The notes under the pieces were generated by a model, which was not told the origin of the DNA, ran no database searches, and saw nothing but the letters and a program-made list of their open reading frames with translations. Source: Centroscyllium fabricii (taxonomy: Eukaryota). Taken from it: a stretch of DNA of 64,000 nt. Of the stretch, positions 62,508 to 64,000 are shown one piece after another (the first letter of the stretch is position 1; each line of letters begins with the position of its first letter). The stretch spans positions 530,038,001 to 530,102,000 of the forward strand of contig JBNRSN020000003.1 in the NCBI GenBank assembly GCA_051313645.2, written 5' to 3'. A program made the position numbers and the translations under genes.

Positions 62508-64000
62508 CTACGGGTGCAAACCATTCCCAAAGGGTTTCAGCAAGAGATTACGGCTCTTTGATTAAAGCAGCATTAATCCTATTGTCAGCTAGCTTTGGTC
62601 ACTCCACTGCTCCTGGCATTGTATTGAGTTGAGAAGTTAAGAATGTAAATACTTACAATTGGTTAATGGGGGAAGACAATGTAACTTGTTCAAACCAAAT
62701 ACAAATTAGTGTGGCAAAAGCATGAATATACCTGGGTGATCTGAAATTGCCACTCCACTTTTCTTCTGCCAGAGAAACTGAAGTTATCAAGCTGGTTCTT
62801 TCAAAAGTTTAACAGATGGGCATAATGCCACAAATTTTCTCTCCTGCCCTCCCTTTCTGAAAGCACTAATGCAAGAAGTCACACAACACCAGATTTATAG
62901 TCCAACGATGGACACTGCTGTCCTCTGTAACCTTGCCATAAGTGACTTTATTTTCTGTGAGCCTTAAGTGTGTCAGCAGGCGACCTGCCAGCGGGGTGCA
63001 TCACACACAATCCCACTCATGTCCTCTCCCAACATTCACACATATCAAACTTGCAATAGAAGTCACTGGATAGCAGTTAGAAGTAGGAGCTGATTTTCTT
63101 CTCCAAAACTAAATGAGAGAAAGGGCTAATTAAATCCTACTGTCGTTGTGGCTGAGGTCAGCTAATTCAACACTGACCAGGCATCAAACACGAGACTTCC
63201 TGACTTGTATGGTTCAGTAATTCAATGAAAAAACTCGGAACTATTGGGAAAAATAAAAGGTAGGATCTTTGATTAACATTGCCAATTGACAGGATGACTT
63301 CTCCAGTGAATGCTTTCCAGCAGCAGCGTATATCTGCAACAGCTTGTGGCCTACTATTTTTCAAGAAAGTACTGTGCCGTTTGGTACAGGTCAACCAGTA
63401 TACCATACAGAACCAGGAAACACTGACTGGACCAAATTGACATCTTTGGCCACACTCCTACAAACTCAATTCTGAACCCAACCTACTACTTCGATCCCAT
63501 GCAATTATATCCCTCCTGCAGAGTGGCTGGTAATCTTTGAGAAAACTATGCACCCAACTCTTAAGATATTGCCCTAGCAAGCAGGAGACCAGAGCAGAGA
63601 ATGGGGAAGGGGACCTTTGTCTTTCTCATCTCAAGTCGTGTCCAAACAAGTGTTCAGAATTCTTAGACATGCAGCAGGAGGGCTTCCTTTGGGGTCATGT
63701 GGAAGTTCTCGGATCAAGCGGTGTATTGGATTTATGGCAATAAGGAGATGCAGGGAGGGAGAGCTCTGGCCTACTCTGACCTGTTGTTTCACGGTCGACA
63801 TGCCTCTTTGCCAAAACCCTTCACACGGGGGGCCTGGAATAAGCAGCTGGTGATAGGTAAGCCTGGTGCACATCACTGGACTTCACATTCAGAACATCAA
63901 GCTGGCTGGGGCATTGCAAGCTGTGCTGCATAGCTCCTTCCATCACATTGATGCCTGTTGTACAGCTGATGAGGAAACTGAGGCATAGCACAAATTCTCC

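Noticed and set aside
63963-63982. CTGATGA...GAAA as a fourth hammerhead
   Set aside because: No stem II between the core segments and no stem I pairing.

Overview
Eukaryotic genomic DNA. The repeat content (CR1 LINEs, Deu-SINE, V-SINE, Penelope) points to a cartilaginous fish, probably a shark. The window spans 11 coding exons of a minus-strand slingshot protein phosphatase gene, most similar to SSH1. They run from the AVRLES exon at 62507 to the large terminal exon, which runs off the left edge; all have GT-AG boundaries and consistent phases. The introns are packed with transposons: a full-length but disabled two-gene Harbinger, a decayed second Harbinger and four related MITEs; two full-length Gypsy LTR retrotransposons; an inverted-repeat Penelope element; RTE, CR1 and L2 fragments; SINEs; and Tc1/mariner and hAT MITEs. 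Most notable: (1) both Gypsy elements lack a tRNA primer-binding site. Each instead has a 13-nt tract complementary to its own LTR poly(A)-signal region, with three compensatory substitutions between the two elements, which suggests self-priming or an RNA switch. (2) Three intact minimal hammerhead ribozymes, one of them sense to the host pre-mRNA. (3) Harbinger-family MITEs whose flanks do not form a normal target-site duplication, one of them carrying a 308-bp spacerless palindrome. All coordinates were read by hand and no database searches were run.
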